From Octopus vulgaris (taxonomy: Eukaryota), in contig OX597821.1 in NCBI GenBank assembly GCA_951406725.2, forward strand, positions 42,160,001-42,224,000: a stretch of DNA of 64,000 bases, read 5' to 3'. Positions 27,626 to 41,544 of this stretch are shown piece by piece. Positions within the stretch are counted from its first letter, which is position 1, and each line of letters starts with the position of its first letter. A program made the translations under genes and the position numbers. A model generated the notes under the pieces. It ran no database searches. It was not told where the DNA came from and saw only the letters and a list, made by a program, of their open reading frames with translations.

Positions 27626-28197
27626 TGTCACTATGTTCATTGTATGTATATTTGTATAAAACATCTATATGCTTTGTATGTATACATATATATGTATTTA
27701 TCTATGTGCGTGTATTGTCTAGTTATGTATCGTATATGCGTACGATGCTAAGTGGGTGTGTCTGTGAGTCTGCGTGTGTGTATGTATAAGTGTGTACGCA
27801 TGTATATATATATATATATATATATATGCATGAATATGTGTGCCTATATGTATGTACGTATGTATGTATGTATGTACGTATGTATGTACGTACGTAAAAC
27901 GGTGACTTAAAAATTCCTGTCTGGTGCCTGGAGCGCTGCAAGAACACAAAGACTGAGCCAGCCCTTCACTTTGCCATAGTATGTCTCAAGGAGAAAATGT
28001 ACCCCGTTCTAAATAACCCTCAACATTTCTGAGACAGATATCTTGCTTCGGTTTCTCTCTAGTCTCCATTACTTTTCTTAAAAACACTTGTCACAATGCT
28101 ATGCAATCTGTTCTCCTCTTAACGTTCGCACGGACATTACTGGGAATATATTTTCTATACCATAGCTCACACTCGTTCAATGAGTGGACAACCAGCT

Positions 28198-28503
28198 TGT
28201 ATATATGTATGCATATGTGAGTATATGTATATATGTATGTATGTATGCATATATGTATGTATGCATGCATGTATGTATTCATGCATGTATGTATGTATGC
28301 ATGCATGTATGTATGCATGCATGCATGTATGTATGTATGCATGTATGTATGTATGTATGTATGTATGTATGTGTGTATGCATGTATACATGTATGTATGT
28401 ATGCATGTATGTACGTATGTATGCATGCATGCATGCATGCATGTATGTATGTATATATGCATGCATGTATGTATGTGTGTATGTATGTATATATGTATAT
28501 ATG

Positions 28504-28535
<32 letters not shown>

Positions 28536-28750
28536 CATGCATGTATGTATGTGCGTTTGTATGCATGTATGTATGTATGCATGTATGTATGTATGTATAT
28601 ATGTATGCATGTATGTATGCATGTATGTATATATGTATGTATGTATGCATGCATGCATGCATACATGTATGCATGTATGTATGTATGCATGTATGTATGT
28701 ATGTATGTATGTATGTATGTATGTATGTATGTATGTATGTATGTATGTAC
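28198..28750. repeat. (TATG/CATG)n microsatellite
   Basis: Seen directly. Confidence 0.95.
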
Positions 28751-28857
28751 GCATTACACGCATGAATTTATATATGAATGTATGACATGTATGTGTGTAT
28801 CTATGTAAGTATGGATGCATTCAGGTATGCCATAAGACATCAACATAAACTATCTTT

Positions 28858-29061
28858 CGTTCGTTTCAATCATTAGACTGCGGCCATGCTGGAACACCAC
28901 CTTGGAGTAGTCTAGTCGAATGAATCGCTCCCATTACTTAATGCCTTTTTGTTTTCTTCTTTACCGAAGCCGGATACTTATTCTATCGGTCTCTTTCGCA
29001 GAACCTCTAAGATACGGGGACGTAAACAAACTAACACCGGTTGTCAAACAGCGGTGGGGAA

Positions 29062-29124
<63 letters not shown>

Positions 29125-29255
29125 GACGGGGTTCTATTAGTTTCCGTCAACCGAATCCACTCACAAAGCTATGATAGAAGACACTTGCTCAAGGTGCCAG
29201 GCAGCGGGACTGAAACTGGAGCCACGTGGGTGGAACCACACTTCTTACCAAACAC
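28858..29255 (-). mobile_element. SINE family A
   Basis: Reverse complement of the tail (gactgcggccatgctgga) through to the head. Confidence 0.8.
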
Positions 29256-29274
29256 CCAGGCTTGTCGATATAAC

Positions 29275-30045
29275 TGTTGTTGCAGGACGTCTGTTTGATC
29301 TCTAGCGGCGTTGCTACAGCAACAACGCAAACATGAAAGCGTCTTATAGCCTTGTAGTGACCCCTGGCGGTCAAGCAGGAAAGCAAAACGAAAAAGGGAT
29401 TTAACGAGAGTAATCTCCCTCGACCTTCTCGAAAATTCTCTTACATTCTAGAAATTTCCAATTAACTTCCGGATGACGTGGAAATCAGGGACTTCCGGTT
29501 AATCCCTTATATAAAGGAACACATTTCTAATTTTGCGTCACTCTTGACTGTCGGTTCCTAGACATGAATTGAGACACGCCACTCGCACACACACCAACAC
29601 GCGCGGATGTTCGCCTCATTTGCTTTGAGACAAGTGGTTGCAAAATATGTTCATGTGATGTTACAAGCTTTTCCTTCATTTAACCTTATATGTTAACGCA
29701 TTGCATCCAGTAATAAATAGGCTATGTGGAGGCGCGTGGCTTAGTAAGATTGTGGTTTCCATTCCTGAACTGGACGACGCGTTGTGTTCTTGAGCAAAAC
29801 ACTTCATTTCACGTTGCTCCAATCCACTCAACTGGCAAAAATGAGTAACGCTGCGATGGACTGGCGTCCCGTCCAGCTGGGGAGCACATACTCCACAGAA
29901 ACCGGGAAACCAGGCCCATGAGCCTGATTAGGCTTTAAAAAGGGCGTATTTATTATTTATTTTTTTTAATAAATAGGCTATGACTTACAAATTTTTATTT
30001 TCTTGTCGTTTGCGTACAAGATGGTGACCCCTCTTTCTCACATAC
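29275..30045 (+). mobile_element. Candidate LTR interrupted by SINE D
   Basis: TG start, two acttccgg sites plus tgacgt, TATA-like tatataaagg (about 29508), AATAAA, and a tggtgacccc PBS-like motif near 30022. The 3' boundary is uncertain. Confidence 0.45.
29727..29966 (+). mobile_element. tRNA-derived SINE, family D, with a V-domain-like segment
   Basis: TSD taataaataggctatg at 29711-29726 and 29967-29982. Contains gcgatggactggcgtcccgtccag. Confidence 0.8.
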
Positions 30046-30269
30046 AATTATAAAAATTATAGGATGCCACTTACTGACAATCACTATAGCATCATGGACA
30101 GGTTACAGAGTCTTTTGGCTTTGCAGACTGGATTGAAGCAGTAATTCTTTTAAAAGAACCTCATTTATTATTTAGTAAATGGATAAACAGTTCAATATAC
30201 ATTATAACAACACTTTTAACAATAAAGGAAGGAAAGAATATGAGGTATTAGCGAAATTTGTGGGGAAAA

Positions 30270-30580
30270 CTCATCTGTATGGCGGCATTTGAACTCAGAA
30301 CGCAGAGCCGAAAGAAATGCTACCAAACGCCTTTGTCCGGCGTACTAAAGATTCTGTTAGCTCGCCGACAGACTGGTGCAATATTGGTTTCAAATTTTGG
30401 CACAAGGCCAGAAAGTTCTGGGGAGGGGACTAGTCGATTACATCAACCCCAGTACTCAACTGGTACTTATTTTATCGATCCCGAAACGATTATAGGCAAA
30501 GTCGACCTCGGTGGAATTTTAACTCAGAACGTAAAAACGGATGTAATGCCACTAAGCATTTTGCCTGGCGTGCAAACGAG
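30270..30580 (-). mobile_element. SINE B-related copies (alternative tail)
   Basis: ggcaaagtcgacctcggtggaattttaactcagaacg core, reverse orientation. Confidence 0.7.
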
Positions 30581-31149
30581 TCTCACTGTTTATCTCATGA
30601 TTTCATTAAAAGCGTGTCCAGACAGGAATTAAAGGAAAAGCTTATCTGTAACTAAGTAACCGAAGATGATAGAAAGAAAAAAGGAAAAACGAAAAGAGTT
30701 TAATGTCGTCAATGTTAAGGTCAATTGAAAAATAACTTTGCTTAAGAGGGTTAACAATTAGATATTTCGTTGTCGAAAAGGTGTCCTTCCTCCAATAAAT
30801 TTAATGAACTTCATTTTTTTTTTTTTTGGTTACAGTGTTATTCGTTCCGTTACGGTTAACTTTAGAAGTATTCTTCTACTCTCATCGATAATATCAGGAA
30901 ATATGGCAGACATACAATCATAATTTAGATTTTAGCAAATTTTTTGGTGCTTATACAAAATGGTATGAAATGGATACTAATTTTCAAACGAAAAATATTT
31001 ATTACCTTAGAACAAAAATGAATAAAAAAAAAAAACAAGGAATGACCTATTCATTCTTAATCCGTCCCGGCGCATTTGAATGGGAAAATATTAATTGCCG
31101 TTGTATTTTGTTTACAGAGAAGAGCCTCTCATTTCTCATTTTAATAATT

Positions 31150-31263
31150 CCGTGTTTGTGTGTAGCGTTGTTTTACTCATTGCGCGCCACCAAACCTAGT
31201 ATGTGCACTCCTACTGCATGTTAACTCTCTTTGTAACACTTTTTAATTCTCTCTCTAACCACC

Positions 31264-31342
<79 letters not shown>

Positions 31343-31586
31343 TTCTATATGATGTAATGTATGACTGGAGAAATCAGTCAACCAACCAACTAACATTTAC
31401 ATCCGGCTATATATATACTTATTCCGCCTCCACCTTCTTTGTCTCTATAATTCTTTCTTTCTCTCCGTGTGCATGTGTGTGTAGCGTCTTCTTTTGCTCG
31501 TTGCGTGTCACCAAGCCTAGTATAAGTACTTATCCTGTGCCTGATATTAACCCTCTGTTTTTCTCTTTTAATTCTCTTTCTCCTCG

Positions 31587-31660
<74 letters not shown>

Positions 31661-31703
31661 ACCCTGTAAAGTGTGTCTGGAAAAATCAATCAACCAACCA
31701 ACA
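31150..31703. repeat. Diverged tandem duplication (about 315-bp period) around (CT)n
   Basis: ccgtgt..gtgtgtagcgt...caccaa.cctagtat...(ct)n...ctgga.aaatca.tcaaccaaccaac occurs twice. Confidence 0.75.
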
Positions 31704-31781
31704 TTTTTTCTATTTTATTACATCATTTACAAACAGATTAATTTATTATTATCATTATTATTATTGTTGTTGTTGTTGTTA

Positions 31782-32143
31782 TTTACTTTTAATCTGTGTG
31801 TTTGTTACAATCACTTGCCAAGACACACCCAGCATCCTAGGGCGAGTGAAGGATACGAGATGTTACAGCATGACTGAAAGCTTGGGGAGGGGAAGTGACA
31901 GGGGCAGTAGCAAAATATCTTCATATAATACAACATATACATTTAAATTGATAGGGTTTTTCTGAGTATGTGGGCAGTACTTGTCAGCACAATCTTTTGG
32001 GTTTTCTGTGAGACATGGTTCTCCTGAGATCTTATCTAGATGTTTCTGACATCCCTTTTTTATCATTCCTAGAGCACCTACAATAACAGGAACAGTTCTT
32101 GCTTTAAGATGCCGTATCTTTTGTATATCAATTTTAACCCGGG
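31782..32143 (-). mobile_element. 3' fragment of a second R4/Dong-like LINE family
   Basis: KIDIQKIRHLKARTVPVIVGALGMIKKG...QKIVLTSTAHILRKTLS. Flanked by ATT/GTT arrays on both sides. Confidence 0.8.
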
Positions 32144-32259
<116 letters not shown>

Positions 32260-32265
32260 TATCAT

Positions 32266-32780
32266 TGCCTTTGCACAGCTTCTAACGCTGGAGATGTACT
32301 ACGGTGTCAGCTGTTCACTACCAGAGAACTAAGGTAACACCTCTTACTTTTCGAGCACCATCCAGAGTATTCGAGTGGTTCCAAGCAGTGTTGTTTTCTG
32401 CAAGAGCTCCACCCTTATTGCAGCCCCTATTTGTTCCACGTACCTCTCGAGATTTTTGCTCACTGTTCCCAGGGCTCCAACAATTATTGGTACTACTGCT
32501 ACCTTTTTCAGCGACCACAACTGCTTAACTTCCCAAGCTAACCTGTCATATCTCTCGACTTTTCTTTCTTCCTTATCGCATACCTTGTTGTCAGCTGGGT
32601 ATGCTATGTCTATAATCCAGCATAGTTTGTTTTCTTTCTCAATTAAGACTACGTCTAACTTCCTATTCTCTATCGCATGACATGGTCACACTGAATCATA
32701 AAATCCCATAAGATCTTTGCATTTTCATTTTAGACGATACCTTCGGGTTTGTGGTCGTACCAATTTATTCTTCTGTCAAG
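32266..32780 (-). mobile_element. 3' fragment of a third R4/Dong-like LINE family (REL endonuclease)
   Basis: KILWDFMIQCDH..NRKLDVVL..CWIIDIAYPAD..KVERYDRLAWEVKQLW..VVPIIVGALGTV..LLQKTTLLGTTRIL. Confidence 0.85.
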
Positions 32781-33000
32781 TTGTTGTTGTTGTTGTTCTT
32801 CTTCTTCTTCTTCTTCTTCTTCTTCTTCTTCTTCTTCTTCTTCTTCTTCTTCTTCTTCTTCTTCTTCTTCTTCTTCTTCTTCTTCTTCTTCTTTTTCTTC
32901 TTCTTCTTCTTCTTCCTCCTCTTCTTCTTCTTCTTCTTCCTCCCCCTCCTCTTCTTCTTCTTCCCCCTCCTCCTCTTCTTCTTCATTCTTCTTCTTCTTC

Positions 33001-33085
<85 letters not shown>
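32780..33085. repeat. Compound GTT/CTT/ATT/ATC trinucleotide array
   Basis: Seen directly. Confidence 0.95.
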
Positions 33086-33086
<1 letters not shown>

Positions 33087-33373
33087 TAAGAATTACTTTC
33101 TTTTACAATCCGTTTCACTCATGAATTAACGAATAGATGTTAATGTTTTATATAAACACGTATTAAACGAACCGTGAAACACACATTCAGAAATTCAAAG
33201 AAACTTCGTTCACATTTAAAAGCTGATACATTTCAAATGTGGCCAAATACATTCCGTCTGCAGCTGAGTAAAGTAAAAATTCCGCAATGCCTTCAGTGTT
33301 TCGTTGTGTACCTCTGCACCTTTCTATTATTGTTTAAACCGTAATTTCATTTTTTCTTCAAATTTGTCGATAT

Positions 33374-33770
33374 AGGCACAGACGTGGCTGTGTGGTAAGA
33401 AGCTTGCTTCCCAACTACTTGGTTCCAGGTTCAGTCCCACTGCGTGGCACCACGGCCAAATGTCTTCTGCTATAGCTACGGGCCGACCAAAACTTTTGTG
33501 AGTGGATTTGGTGGACGGAAACTGAAAGAAACCCGTCGTGTGTGTGTGTGTGTGTGTGTCTGTCTGTCTGTCTGTCTGTGTCTGTGTTTGTTCCCCACCA
33601 CCGTCTGACAAGCGGTGTTGGTGTGTTTACATCCCCGTAACTTAACTGTTCGGCAAGAGCGATCGATGGAATAAGTACTAGGCTTTTAAAAACAAAAAAA
33701 AGTACTGGGGTCGATTTATTCGACTAAGAATTCTTCAAAGCAGTGCCCCAGCATGGCCGCAGTCTAATCG
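33374..33770 (+). mobile_element. SINE family A
   Basis: Head, CORE and tail gtgccccagcatggccgcagtc. Confidence 0.85.
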
Positions 33771-34180
33771 TCTGTTTGGCTAACCACACTCTTCCTGATA
33801 TATCAGGTGGAGCAACAGCAGTCAAAAGATAAAGGTTATTATTTCAGTCAATGATACTAAGATGACTATTTATATCACATTACCACAATATTGACCAGAC
33901 CATCAGATGCTGTTATACACCGCTGGTCACAATGCGATTCCAATTCTGTCTTCATTGCACCGTTCTTCTTTTTTTGTTTTATTTTTTTTCCAAACTGACT
34001 GACTAAATCGTCTTCTCATCGTCTGGTGGGTGGGGGTCTTCCAAGTGGCCCTTTCCGATCTCTTGGATATCACTCGGTCCCTGTGTTGACTGTGAACCTT
34101 ACATGTCCAACCCATCGGAACTTATGCTTTGGCTACTCTGCGACCATTAGCTATATATTAGTACGTATATTTTAAAAGGT

Positions 34181-34468
34181 GGAGGCGCAAAGGCCCAGTG
34201 GTTAGGGCAGCGGACTCGCAGTCGTAGGATCGCGGCTTCGATTCCCAGACCGGGCGTTGTGAGTGTTTATTGAGCGAAAACACCTAAAGCTCCACGAGGC
34301 CCCGGCAGAGGTGGTAGCACACCCTGCTGTACTCTTTCGCCACAACTTTCTCTCACTCTTTCTTCTGTTGACCTGCTCGCTTAGCCAGCGGGGTGGCGTC
34401 GTTTGGAGGCTAAAACAATGCGAAGCGCATTGTGACCAGCGATGTGTAGCAACATCTGATAGCCTGGT
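34181..34468 (+). mobile_element. SINE family C (tail type 2)
   Basis: Same head as 12350 and 42903. Tail is gcattgtgaccagcgatgtgtagcaacatctgatagcctgg. Confidence 0.82.
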
Positions 34469-34736
34469 ATTTTAAAAGAAATACAAACGGACTTTGTGGC
34501 GTTCATGCCTTTCTAAAGGGCATTGGTGTCATAAGATTAATGAGAATCGAAACAAGATTGCGATCAGTCCTTGTTCCGTCTCTTTAGGGTCTCTGTTCAA
34601 ATCTGTACAGGGCCGTCTTAACCTTTCATGAGGTCGATGCAATAAAGTACCAGACAAGCACTGGTGTCGATGTATTGACTAAACCCAAGCTCTGAACCTG
34701 AATTACAAACAATTTTTATTAATTCCATTAATCCAA

Positions 34737-35140
34737 GACGGCGAGCTGGCAGAAACGTTAGCACGCCGGGCGAAATGCTTTGTGGTATTTCATCCGCCAT
34801 TGCGTTCTAAGTTCAAATTCCGCTGAGATCGACTTTGCCTTTCATCCTTTCGGGGTCGATAAATTAAGTACCAGTTACGCACTGGGGTCGATATAATCGA
34901 CTTAATCCGTTTGTCTGTCCTTGTTTGTCTCCTCTGTGTTTAGCCTCTTGTGGGTAGTAAAGAAATAGGTATTTCTCCCGTCGCTACAAGCTGGGTTCAA
35001 ATTCTACCGGGGTCCACTTTGCCTTTCATTCTTTCGGGGTCGATGAAATAAGTACCAGTTACGCACTGGGGTCGAGGTGATTAAGTAGTCCCCTTTCCTT
35101 AAATTTCAGACCATGTGCCTAGAGTAGAAAGGATTAATTC
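34737..35140 (+). mobile_element. SINE B dimer
   Basis: Full unit to about 34967, then a second 5'-truncated unit starting ggtatttc with an alternative tail. Confidence 0.82.
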
Positions 35141-35217
35141 CATTAATCTTGAGCAAGACACTTCATTTCACAGTACTGGGATCTATAAAAACTCTCTCTC
35201 CCTCTCCCTCTCTATTC

Positions 35218-35287
<70 letters not shown>

Positions 35288-35706
35288 CACCAATCACATC
35301 CTTGGTCAGCAGTCGATAGAGTGCCTATGTCTCCTCGCCAGCTCACAGGCACCTTAAACAATTAGCAAAAGCATGGTACATATTACCAAGCCATACTCGT
35401 TCAGTGGGTGACGAATGGTTGTTAGTAATAATAAATTGGAGCGAATATAGCGCTGTGTTTTGCGGAACTTGCTATACATCGTGTCTTACGTTCAGTCATA
35501 TATTAACAAATATAAACATATATTAACATATATTAACAGCCAAACAGAAGGAAGTGCTGCGGGGATAATACGATGTTTAATTTCGATTTTTCGATCTGGA
35601 AAGGTGTATGCATGCATGTATGTATGTATACACACATACGCATATATATACATACACACACATACATACATACATACATACATATATACGTATGTATGTA
35701 TATATA

Positions 35707-35741
<35 letters not shown>

Positions 35742-35751
35742 GTATATATGC

Positions 35752-35815
<64 letters not shown>

Positions 35816-36491
35816 ATATATACATGTACGTATACACACACACACATGTAATATAAGCAGTCAGTTACGTTGCAATAGTTGGTACTTACTCAGATAATTT
35901 AAGTGTGATAATTTTGTAATTTTCTCCAAGATAAACAAACGTTGACGTAAATGTTTTCAATTTAATAACTTTATATCGTTTAAAATTAATTCTATAAAAA
36001 AAAAAAAGACAAGATTTTAAATGTTTTAACTTTGAATTTATTTTATAATTTAAATACGTATAAATAGAAATCCGTTTTAACTAACTTACGTCAGTTATTA
36101 AGTTTGCTTTCGCAGCTATTTTCAAAATAATTACTAAATTTTATATTGCATAGCACTGAAAATAAATTTCTGTGAATGAATGATTAAATTCTCTGGAGTA
36201 CATGGCGGAAAAACAATGCTGAAGAACTAAATTCTAAAGAATCTGGATGCAGTACAACAAGTTAGAAAGTGAGACAAACTGTAGAAGCTGAACAAACCTG
36301 TACAAGAAAAAGAGAAAATGCAAGGATATTTTTTTAAATTGATTTAGATTTACTCCTATAAGAGGTGACGGGGACAGACTGAGATACTATTGGGAGTCTT
36401 CAGCTTTCTCCCTGTACACAGGCAGTCATAGGGATGATGGTCGTTTTCCACAGATCGTGTGTTGCTGAACTCTTTTTCATCGAAGCGAACC

Positions 36492-36686
36492 ACATACATA
36501 CGTACATACATTCGTACATACATACATACATTCGTACATACATACATACATACATACATACATACATACGTACATACATACATACATACATACATACATA
36601 CATACATACATACATACGTACATACATACATACATACATACATACATACATACATACATACATACATACATACATACATACATACA

Positions 36687-36720
<34 letters not shown>

Positions 36721-37117
36721 CATACATACATACATACATACATACATACGTACATACATACATACATACATACATACATACATACATACATACATACATA
36801 CATACATACATACATACATACATACATACATACATACATTCGTACATACATACATACATACATACATACATACATACATACATACATACATACATACGTA
36901 CATACATACATACATACATACATAATACATACATACATACATACATACATACATACATACATACATACATACATTCGTACATACATACATACATACATAC
37001 ATACATACATACATACATACATACATACATACATACATACATACATACATACATACATACGTACGTACATACATACATACATACATACATACATACATAC
37101 ATACATACATACATACA

Positions 37118-37149
<32 letters not shown>

Positions 37150-37150
37150 C
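36492..37150. repeat. (TACA)n microsatellite, about 650 bp
   Basis: Seen directly. Confidence 0.97.
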
Positions 37151-37426
37151 AATGTAATATTTATTTATTTCATTGCTCTTTGATTATAGTGCAGTTAGCT
37201 AATTACAATTGGAACTTGGTTGCTTGCTAACATATTTTATCATTAATGATTGGTGAGAAATAAAATGCAGGCGGCCATTTACAGGCGATGTGAAGCAAAA
37301 GCAACTATTGACGTAAGTTGCAAGAAACTGGGGTTGGTTTGTAGCAACTGGTTGTTGCCTGCACACCTGGACATTAACAGCCAGTTCTTCTACTTTGTTC
37401 GACATACAACCTTAAATTGGTTGGAT

Positions 37427-37748
37427 GAGAAGGAGGAGGAGGGGGGGGGGGGAGAAAGAGGAGAAAGAGGAGAAGAAAAAGAAGAAAAAGAAGAAGAAGA
37501 AGAAGAAGAAGAAGAAAAAGAAGAAGGCGGAGGAGGAAGAGGAGGGGTGGGGAAGAAGAAGACGAAGAAGAAGAAGAAGAAGAAGAAGGCGGAGGATGAG
37601 GGGGAGGAGGCAGAGAAGAAGAAGAAGAAGAAGAAGAAGAAGAAGAAGAAGGAGGAGGAGGAGGAGGAGGAGGAGGAGGAGAAGAAGTAGAAGAAGAAGA
37701 AGAAGAAGAAGAAGAAGAAGAAGAAGAAGAAGAAGAAGAAGAAGAAGA
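37427..37748. repeat. GAA/GGA polypurine tract
   Basis: Seen directly. Confidence 0.95.
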
Positions 37749-38067
37749 ATGCATGGATATAAAAGGCAGCTGTTTTCAATGAGTTTTTTTTTTTTTTTTC
37801 GAATTTCCATGGAAAGATGAATGCGTCAGGTTATCTTTATTTGCATAAATTAGGCGAACAAAACACAGACTTCCGTGGTTATATCTGCGTGCGTGATGTC
37901 GTAAGCATGTGTTCGTAAACATGTATGTATAAATATATATATATATATATATATATACACAGGCTGGCTTATAGAATAGTCTTATGTAATATATAATCAG
38001 GTATGTGTGTGTGTGTGTATGTGTGTCTGTCTGCTTGTGTGCGCGTAAAACCTGTAATAAACCTGCA

Positions 38068-38149
<82 letters not shown>

Positions 38150-38413
38150 CAGAGAGAGAGAGAGAGAGAGAGGGAGATGTGAAAATGTATGTGGGCGAAT
38201 AACATATATGTATAGAAGATTGATGCAAACATGCGGACATTGCATGCCATTATATGTTTACAATTAGTTACGTGTGAGAAAGCATACGTCTATGTTACCC
38301 GTACGAAAGATATGTGAACGTGTGAACATACAGTGAGAGAGAGAAAGAGAGCGAAAGACAGAGAGAGAGAGAGAGATTAACAGAGGAAGATATTAAGACA
38401 GAGGGAGAGTAAG

Positions 38414-38452
<39 letters not shown>

Positions 38453-38691
38453 CGCACATATATGCACAGACTTGCAAGCGAATACGGTTAGTTGTAAGCT
38501 TTAGCCATAGGCAAAGTGCGCGACGTTACGTAGGTCTGTGTGCGTATGTATGTGTTTGTGTGTTTGTGTGTGTGTGTGCACGCATTATTGTATGGTATGC
38601 ACACACTGTATGCATGTATGCATACCTTAACTTGTATATATACGTATCTATATATATACATATATATATACATATATATATATATACATAC

Positions 38692-38740
<49 letters not shown>

Positions 38741-38771
38741 CATGTATATATATGTATATATATATATATAC

Positions 38772-38843
<72 letters not shown>

Positions 38844-39214
38844 CATAGATGTTTCTCATAGTTTGCTTTACCTGTGCAATCAGGTTGAATGGGTATACAA
38901 TGTGTGTGTGTGTGTGTGTATGTGTGTGTGTGTGTGTGTGTGTGCATTAACTGATGCGCCCTGTTGTTGTCCAAGGAAGCCAAACAACGTCAATGCCATC
39001 ACCACCGTCCCACCACCATACCACCACCACCGCCACACCGCCGCCACCATTTTACCGCTACTGTACCCTGAACAGCAACAATTTTTATCCTCACATAAAG
39101 AGTCACCCTCTCAACGTTACGAAACAATAAACTATACAAATTTTATCTTTAAGACAAAAGACGTAATATGTCGACTGTTGTGTGTATAGCTGGGGGAAAT
39201 ACTAACCGTCTAAT

Positions 39215-39369
<155 letters not shown>

Positions 39370-39528
39370 CACACATGCGTACATAGATGTTTCTCAAATA
39401 ATTATTCGCATTGTATTGAGCTATTTTTATTTATTTCTTGTCTGTCAAACACACCCAGACACACACACACACACACACACACTCAAACATACATGCATAT
39501 AAATACATACATATACACATACATAAAT

Positions 39529-39583
<55 letters not shown>

Positions 39584-40138
39584 CATACATACATACCAAA
39601 ATACATACACATATACATACAAACATACAAATATACACACGTACGTACAATGCAATGTGACTGTAAAGTCGATGGTAATAAATAGATAAAAAACAAATGA
39701 TGGAATTCGAGACTCGAACACGCATACACATACACACAGCGCACAGACATACGCAGTAAAACTGATTCATATTCTTACAATAAACCTAAATATATTCATA
39801 CGCCAACCATCGCGCGAACGCACATACATTTACATAGAGACGCACGGGCGCGCACTCGGCTCTATACATATATATATGTATATGCGCAAAGTGACACTAA
39901 GTCACACATAAATGATACACACACACACATCAGAGATACAAGTTGAAGACTGAAGAATTGCTGATCTTTTAGTCGGTTCCTTCCTTATAGCGTGACATTA
40001 ATTATCGTGTACGATTGGCGTTCATGTTTACGTTCTTGAGATCTTTTGGCTAAAACCAGACGGTGAATAAACTACGTGCATGTGGACAGAAGCGCGCGAA
40101 TAATTTGATAACGAGAGCGGGAAGGAGAGAGAGAGAGC

Positions 40139-40173
<35 letters not shown>

Positions 40174-40695
40174 TGAGACTTAGAGGCGGGGAGATTGGAG
40201 ATTATCTCCTTGGAAACTAATAATAAATGTCGTCGTCGTCGTTATTATATTAATTTAATACACATACCGAAAGAGCTATTAAATAGTTTCACGCTTTTAT
40301 GATACTTCAAATGAACATTTATAAAATACGCCGTGCATCACCAAGCAATTCTTATAGGCTCTGTTTATGCGTTAGATATATTTTAAAAACTAGAACGCGG
40401 AGCAGTGAGAGAATAAAATTTAAAATTTCATTAAAAAAAACCCGCAAAGGTGGTTGATGCAAAAAATGTACCGAGAATAACGAAACGAATGTAAGAAAAC
40501 TAAGTTCCCTGCCCTCCCTGATTGCAGAAATCACAATTAGTGCAGCTGCTACATAACAAAATAACAGAAAATATGTGAAAATCTAAGAGACAGCAACTCA
40601 GTCCAGAGCGGGTGGTGTCCTCCAGTTCGATAAAAGAAACCTGTCCATATGTTTGCACCTACTAAACATCTCACATCTGGAATTAGCTGTGTAGT

Positions 40696-40837
40696 GAATC
40701 GAAACAGTTTGATTCAAATTCGTTGGTACTCGTGAGTTTCAAGCGTGATGTTAGTCAGCCATTTTTCTGGCTGACGATTAGCATCACGCTTGAAACTCAA
40801 GAGTACTAACGAATTTGAATCAAACTATTTTGATCCA
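40696..40837. repeat. Near-perfect palindrome of about 140 bp (foldback MITE-like)
   Basis: agtttgattcaaattcgttggtactcgtgagtttcaagcgtgatgtta..gtcagcca / tggctgac..tagcatcacgcttgaaactcaagagtactaacgaatttgaatcaaact. Confidence 0.9.
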
Positions 40838-41544
40838 TACATGTAACTTCCAATAACTTGGTTGAGTGCCCTTCTTTCGTTTTCCCCCTCACTCGTATAC
40901 ATACATACATACATACATACATACATACATACATACATACATACATACATACATACATACATACATACATACGGCCAACTATAGCCCTTTTGCTTCGGAC
41001 CACCGGCACGTTAACACCGTTTTCTTCGTCTGGCGTAAGGCCTTATTTTTCAAATACGCCAGCTGAATTCAATTCGTCTGAGTTGAAAGACGCCTGTTGT
41101 TATATCCTGTTATTATTATTATTATTATTGTTTTTTTTTTTGTATTTATATTCGTATTATTTTTTTTTGTTTTTTTGTATTTATATTCGTGTAACATCGT
41201 CCGTTTCTTTTTTTTTTTTGTCCTTGTTTCGTATACATTCGATCCTTTTTCCAAGGAATCTACTACTCGTAGCTTAGTTTTTCCTTGTGGCTGGCCCGAT
41301 TGGAGCAATCTCAAGATTAATCAGCCGAAATTGCGAAGATGATCCGGTTCTTGACTGAAGATTAGAGGCTTCGAATGACCCGTCCGTGTTTTTTGTATCG
41401 TCTATTTGGATGTTTTGCGTTGTTGTCCCATTTTGTATTATATATATATATACCAACGAGCCACTATGTAGTTTATTATCTCCGGTTTATCTAACGTTTT
41501 TTTTTCTTTTTTCCTTAATAAAAAACAAAACTATGGTTTTGTCT

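Noticed and set aside
41350-41390. gactgaagattagaggcttcgaatgac as a hammerhead
   Set aside because: No GAAA box or stem II.
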